DNA of 64,000 nt, taken from the NCBI GenBank assembly GCA_903886275.1, contig CAISLN010000080.1, positions 43,719 through 107,718 of the forward strand. The letters run 5' to 3'. Source of the stretch: an uncultured beta proteobacterium (GTDB taxonomy: Bacteria > Pseudomonadota > Gammaproteobacteria > Burkholderiales > Burkholderiaceae_C). Positions within the stretch are counted from its first letter, which is position 1. Every line of letters starts with the position of its first letter. The notes below the pieces were generated by a model that did not search any database, was not told the origin of the DNA, and saw nothing but the letters and a program-made list of their open reading frames with translations. Of the stretch, positions 59,655-64,000 are shown piece by piece. A program made the position numbers and the translations under genes.

Positions 59655-60787
59655 GGCGCAGCACCCACACGCACGGTGTCGCCGTCATTCAAAAACCCGG
59701 CACCGGCCACGGCAATCGTGGCGTTGGCGTCCAGACCCTTGAGGATTTCTACTTGCTCGCCCACACGGCGTCCGGCCTCTACCTTTTGCTGCGCCACCTT
59801 GTTGTCTTTGCCCAAGGTAAACACATAGCTAAAGCCGTCGCGCACCACCACCGCCTGTTGCGGCACGGTCAGCGCGTTGGAGCTGCCGAGTGCAAATTCG
59901 CCTCTGGCAAACATGCCCGCCTTGACCGTGCCACCGGTCGGTGTCACGGCCAGGTCCACATAGACCAGGGCATTGCGGGTTTGCGGGTCCACCGTGGGCG
60001 CCACCATGCGCACCTTGCCTGCCACGCTGCTGCCGCTGGCGCTTTGCACCTGCACCAAGGTTCCGGTTTTGATGCGGCCCAGCTCGGCGGAGGTGACCTC
60101 GGCGCGCCACTCCAACCGGCCCTGGCGGATCAGGCGAAACAATTCCACGCCGGGGCTGAGCACCGCGCCCACGCTGGCGCTGCGTGCCGAGATGATGCCG
60201 CTGTCGGGGGCTAGCACCTGGCAATGCTTGAGGCGCAGCTCTTGCTGTTGCAGCGCGGCCTGGGCGCTTTGCACGCGTGCCTTGGTACTGAGTTCGGTGG
60301 TGTTGTATTGGCTGATTTGCTGCGCGCTCAATGCGCCGCTGGCCTGCAGGCTGCGGGCGCGCTCGGCATTGGTGGCAGCATCCACCGCTTGGGCCTGGGC
60401 CTCTGCCACATTGGCGCGGGCCAGGGCCACATCGGCCTGCACGCTCTCGGAGGCAAACACCGCCAGCACCTGGTCACGCTGGACCCGGTCGCCGACATTG
60501 ACGCGCACCTCTTGCAGCCTGAGTCCGCCCGACTCCGAGCCCACGCTGGCCTCTTGCCAAGCGGCGATATTGCCGTTGGCAGCCAGGCGCAGGGGTAGGG
60601 CGCTCTGGCTGGGTTTGCCGGTGCTGACCGTCATGGCGGCCTTGGCTGCGGTGGTCTTGGGGGCATTGGCGTCTTGGGCTGCGCTGGAGGTGGCGAGCAG
60701 CAGACCGGTGGCGGCCAGGGTGATGCAGACGCTGGCCAGGGCCAGCGGGCTAAGGTGCAAGTTTTTCATGGTTCGGGTGCTAGTCAT
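59651..60787 (-). CDS. RND membrane fusion protein
   Basis: N-terminal anchor, VNVGDRV, APDSGIIS, VDPQTR, KAGMFARG. Confidence 0.93.
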   Translation of the reverse strand: MTSTRTMKNLHLSPLALASVCITLAATGLLLATSSAAQDANAPKTTAAKAAMTVSTGKPSQSALPLRLAANGNIAAWQEASVGSESGGLRLQEVRVNVGDRVQRDQVLAVFASESVQADVALARANVAEAQAQAVDAATNAERARSLQASGALSAQQISQYNTTELSTKARVQSAQAALQQQELRLKHCQVLAPDSGIISARSASVGAVLSPGVELFRLIRQGRLEWRAEVTSAELGRIKTGTLVQVQSASGSSVAGKVRMVAPTVDPQTRNALVYVDLAVTPTGGTVKAGMFARGEFALGSSNALTVPQQAVVVRDGFSYVFTLGKDNKVAQQKVEAGRRVGEQVEILKGLDANATIAVAGAGFLNDGDTVRVGAAP

Positions 60788-62204
60788 GGGTGTCAGTGGG
60801 CAAGGGGGCGTTCACATTCCAGCCGCCGCCCAAAGCGCGGTACAGCGCAATCCAGGCTTGGCTGCGCTGCAGGTCGAGCTGCAGCAGGGCGGTCTGCGCG
60901 GAGAGGGTGCTGCGCCTTGCGTCTTCGAGTTCTGGCAGGCTGGCCGAGCCGGCCTGGTAGCGTGCCTGGGTGGCGTTAAAGGACTGGCCATAGCCCTGGG
61001 CCGCAGCGGCAGCGTCGTCCTTTTGCGCGCCGGTGCTCTCTAGTTGCAGCAGGGCATCTTCCACCTCGCGCACGGCCTGGCGCACCCGGGCCCGGTACAG
61101 GGCGGCGGCTTCGGTGTAGCGGGCCTGCGCGGCCTGCACATTGGCCACACGCCGCCCGCCGTCCAGAATCGGCAGGCTCAAGGACACCGGTCCTATCGAC
61201 CAGGTGCTCAGATCGGTGGTGCTGCCTTGGCTGCTGTAGTTCAGCGCGCCCACCGAGCCATTGAGCATCAGGCGCGGATAGCGCTGGGCCTGGGCTGCGC
61301 CTAGGTCGGCACTGGCCGCTGCGAGTTCGCGCTGGGCGGCGTAGAGGTCGGGTCGCTGCGACAGCACCTGCGCCGGGACCTTCGATACGGAGGGCATGGC
61401 CAGCGTGGCGCTGCCTGCTTGCGGGGCGTCTAAGCGTTGGCGCAGCTCTGGTTCTGCTACGGCGGTCAATGCCACCAAGGCTTTCAGGCTGCTGTCGCAT
61501 TGGCTGGACTGTTGGGTGCTGCGCCCGCGTCCCTCTGCGGCGCTGGCGTTGGCCAAGGCGGCCACTGCTGGCGCGGTGAAGCCGGCCTGCGCGCTCAGCG
61601 CGGACAGGCGTGCGGTCTCGCTGCGCGAGCTGGCGTCAAGCTGCAAAACTTGTAGCAGCTTGCGGCAGCTGCGCCAGCCGGTATAGGCATTGGCGGTATC
61701 GGCGGCCACCGACACGCGTGCCTCATGCCACTGGGCGGTAGATCCCTGCAGCCTGGCCTGGGCGGCGTTGGCAGCGGCGCGGTTGGCACCGAACAGGTCG
61801 ATTTCCCAAGAGGCATCCAGGCTGCCTTGCAAGCCCGTGCCCACGATGGGGCTGGCGCTGTTGACGCCGCGCTGGGCGCTCAAAGACGCACCCACGCTGG
61901 GGCGGTTGGCGGCTTGGGCATTGCCCAGTGCGGCGCGTGCTTGTGTGAGGCGCGAGGTGGCGCTGGCCAGCGTGGGGCTGGCCTGCTCGGCCGCCTCCAT
62001 CAGTTGCACCAGCAGCGGGTCGCCCAGGCTTTGCCACCAGTGGGCCAGATCGGTGCTGCTGCCGCCGTGCGGCAGAGGCGCCATCCAGGCGGGCGGTGCC
62101 GGGTCGGACTGCGCCGCTTCGGTGGAGGCGGGCAATTGCGCGCAGCCGGCGCCAAGCAGGGCCATGGCGGCGCAGAAGTAGGTCATGCGGTGCTTTGGTG
62201 TCAA
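60780..62204 (-). CDS. RND outer membrane factor (NodT/OprM family) lipoprotein
   Basis: GAGC lipobox, WWQSLGDPLL, SWEIDLFG, RPDL, LYRALGGGW. Confidence 0.93.
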   Translation of the reverse strand: MTPKHRMTYFCAAMALLGAGCAQLPASTEAAQSDPAPPAWMAPLPHGGSSTDLAHWWQSLGDPLLVQLMEAAEQASPTLASATSRLTQARAALGNAQAANRPSVGASLSAQRGVNSASPIVGTGLQGSLDASWEIDLFGANRAAANAAQARLQGSTAQWHEARVSVAADTANAYTGWRSCRKLLQVLQLDASSRSETARLSALSAQAGFTAPAVAALANASAAEGRGRSTQQSSQCDSSLKALVALTAVAEPELRQRLDAPQAGSATLAMPSVSKVPAQVLSQRPDLYAAQRELAAASADLGAAQAQRYPRLMLNGSVGALNYSSQGSTTDLSTWSIGPVSLSLPILDGGRRVANVQAAQARYTEAAALYRARVRQAVREVEDALLQLESTGAQKDDAAAAAQGYGQSFNATQARYQAGSASLPELEDARRSTLSAQTALLQLDLQRSQAWIALYRALGGGWNVNAPLPTDTHD

Positions 62205-62311
62205 GACAGGGTCCCCATGGAGCTGTTTGGAAGGCGCCTAGCTTACCCGCTTCGCCGCTGCCAAAGGGCCCCGCGCCCGTTTGTCCTTATGGGTGTGAAT
62301 GCGGGCAACAT

Positions 62312-62866
62312 TCACCCCGCAGTGAGCTTGTGCACCAGGTCCGCAGTGGTGCTGGCCTTGTATTTGCGCATCAGGCGGGCGCGGTAAATTTCGACCGTGC
62401 GGTGGCTGATGCCCAGGGCCTTGCCGATCAGCTTGCTGGTCAGACCCTGCAGCAAATAGGCCGCCACCTCGCGCTCGCGTGCGGTCAGTTCGGCCTTGAC
62501 CGGGCGGCTGGCGCTCAGGTCTTCAAAGCACCAGATGCCGGCCTCGTGGGGGGCCAACTGGTTGAGCGCGCGGCCGGTCACATGGCACCAGAAGGGCTCG
62601 CCGGCATTGCGTCCGCCCAGTCGCTTCATGATGCGGTTGTCGGCGTAGGTGCCGTTGCGGTTGAGGATGGGCGCAATGCGTGCGCCGGTGCGCTCGTACT
62701 CATCAATGCTGGGGTAGAGCAGCAAAAAAGACTGCCCCACAAGCTGGCTGCGCTGGGCGCCAAACATGTCGCACAGGTGCTGGTTGCAGTCGGTCATAAA
62801 GCGGTTGCTGGAGAGGGCCAGGCCCACGGGGGCCAGGTCGAAGGCGAGGCGGTAGTCGGTATCCAT
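62312..62866 (-). CDS. PAS + LuxR-HTH transcriptional regulator
   Basis: N-terminal PAS; LTAREREV...LGISHRTVEIYRARLMRK. Confidence 0.88.
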   Translation of the reverse strand: MDTDYRLAFDLAPVGLALSSNRFMTDCNQHLCDMFGAQRSQLVGQSFLLLYPSIDEYERTGARIAPILNRNGTYADNRIMKRLGGRNAGEPFWCHVTGRALNQLAPHEAGIWCFEDLSASRPVKAELTAREREVAAYLLQGLTSKLIGKALGISHRTVEIYRARLMRKYKASTTADLVHKLTAG

Positions 62867-62975
62867 GGTGTGGGCTTTGCCGCCTGCGGGCGGCGGGCCA
62901 AGGGTTGCGCTCTACGAAGAACTACGTATGCAATTAGGTAGTATGGTACGTGTATCCCCAATACAGGAGAAGAGT

Positions 62976-63683
62976 GTGGTCAACAAGGTATACCCCAGCG
63001 CAGCAGCGGCGCTTGAAGGCATTGTGCAAGACGGCCAGTTGCTGGCGGTCGGTGGCTTTGGCCTGTGCGGCATTCCCGAGGCGCTGATCGACGCGCTGCG
63101 CGATACCGGCGTGAAAGACCTGACGGTCATTTCCAACAACGCCGGCGTGGACGGCTTTGGTCTGGGCAAGCTGCTGGAAACGCGCCAGATCAAGAAGATG
63201 ATCTCTTCCTATGTGGGCGAGAACAAGGAGTTCGAGCGCCAGTACCTGGCCGGTGAGCTGGAGTTGGAATTCACGCCCCAGGGCACGCTGGCCGAGAAGC
63301 TGCGCGCCGGTGGCGCTGGCATTCCCGCCTTCTTTACCAAGACCGGCGTCGGTACCCTGGTGGCCGAGGGCAAGGAGCTGCGCGAGTTTGACGGCGAGAC
63401 CTATGTGATGGAGCGCGCGCTGCTGCCCGAGGTGGCCCTGGTCAAGGCCGATGTGGCCGATATGTCCGGCAATCTGCGCTTTAACCTGACGGCGCGCAAC
63501 TTCAACCCCGCAGCAGCCATGGCCGGAAAAATTTGCGTGGTGGAAGTGGAGCGCATCGTGGCCACCGGCGAAATTGCACCCGATGACGTGCACCTGGCGG
63601 GCATCTACGTGCACCGCATTGTGGTCAACCCGACCCCCGAAAAGCGCATCGAAAAGCGCACCACCCGCGCCCGTAAAGTTTGA
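62976..63683 (+). CDS. scoA: 3-oxoacid CoA-transferase subunit A
   Basis: [31 protein letters not shown]; AGGAG RBS before GTG. Confidence 0.93.
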   Translation: MVNKVYPSAAAALEGIVQDGQLLAVGGFGLCGIPEALIDALRDTGVKDLTVISNNAGVDGFGLGKLLETRQIKKMISSYVGENKEFERQYLAGELELEFTPQGTLAEKLRAGGAGIPAFFTKTGVGTLVAEGKELREFDGETYVMERALLPEVALVKADVADMSGNLRFNLTARNFNPAAAMAGKICVVEVERIVATGEIAPDDVHLAGIYVHRIVVNPTPEKRIEKRTTRARKV

Positions 63684-63693
63684 GGAGAAGAAT

Positions 63694-64000
63694 ATGCCCT
63701 GGACCCAAGACCAAATGGCCGCACGTGCGGCGCAAGAGCTCGAAGACGGCTTTTATGTGAACCTCGGTATCGGCATTCCGACCCTGGTGGCCAACTTTGT
63801 TCCCGACCATGTGGAAGTCTGGCTGCAAAGCGAAAACGGCATGCTGGGCATTGGCCCGTTTCCCTATGAGGACGAGGTGGACGCCGACCTGATCAACGCC
63901 GGCAAGCAGACCGTCACCACCATCAAGGGCTCCAGTATTTTTGGCAGCCACGAGAGCTTTGCCATGATCCGCGGCGGTAAGGTCAACCTCAGCATTCTGG
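63694..64000 (+). CDS. scoB: 3-oxoacid CoA-transferase subunit B (truncated by the window end)
   Basis: [32 protein letters not shown]. Confidence 0.92.
   Translation, partial: MPWTQDQMAARAAQELEDGFYVNLGIGIPTLVANFVPDHVEVWLQSENGMLGIGPFPYEDEVDADLINAGKQTVTTIKGSSIFGSHESFAMIRGGKVNLSIL

Noticed and set aside
53487-64000. PAS-GGDEF-EAL, RND pump and CoA-transferase genes
   Set aside because: Ordinary architectures with intact motifs; nothing unexplained seen.

Overview
GC-rich betaproteobacterial chromosome segment (Comamonadaceae-like, judged from gene content and the long-N-terminus RpoD) with four parts. (1) About 1.5-20.2 kb is a phosphate-starvation neighbourhood. It holds PhnW, a Tat-lipoprotein PhoD, a PhoA-family alkaline phosphatase, an OlsB-like N-acyltransferase with a PlcP-like phospholipase C, an OlsA/PlsC-like acyltransferase, a three-gene TPAT (TatT-containing TRAP) transporter, an atypical ArsC and several uncharacterised small genes. 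By eye I find eight intergenic Pho-box-like sites (7-nt half-sites at an 11-nt period), each pointing at a nearby start codon. (2) About 24.2-30.3 kb is a lower-GC single-gene island encoding a ~1830-aa sacsin-like GHKL ATPase with a C-terminal DUF3883-type nuclease, bracketed by inverted-repeat elements; it is a candidate defence cassette. (3) 30.4-37.6 kb is a carnitine/gamma-butyrobetaine catabolic operon. Its CoA ligase and hydratase form one reading frame, and the ligase N-terminus is built from nested palindromic repeats. (4) 37.7-64 kb is mostly housekeeping: grpE-dnaK-dnaJ with sigma-32 promoters, pabB-pabC fusion, dnaG-rpoD, ggt, slyX, a PAS-GGDEF-EAL protein, an RND pump and CoA-transferase genes. 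No rRNA, tRNA, CRISPR array, integrase or transposase was recognised. All assignments come from motif recognition by eye; no database searches were run.
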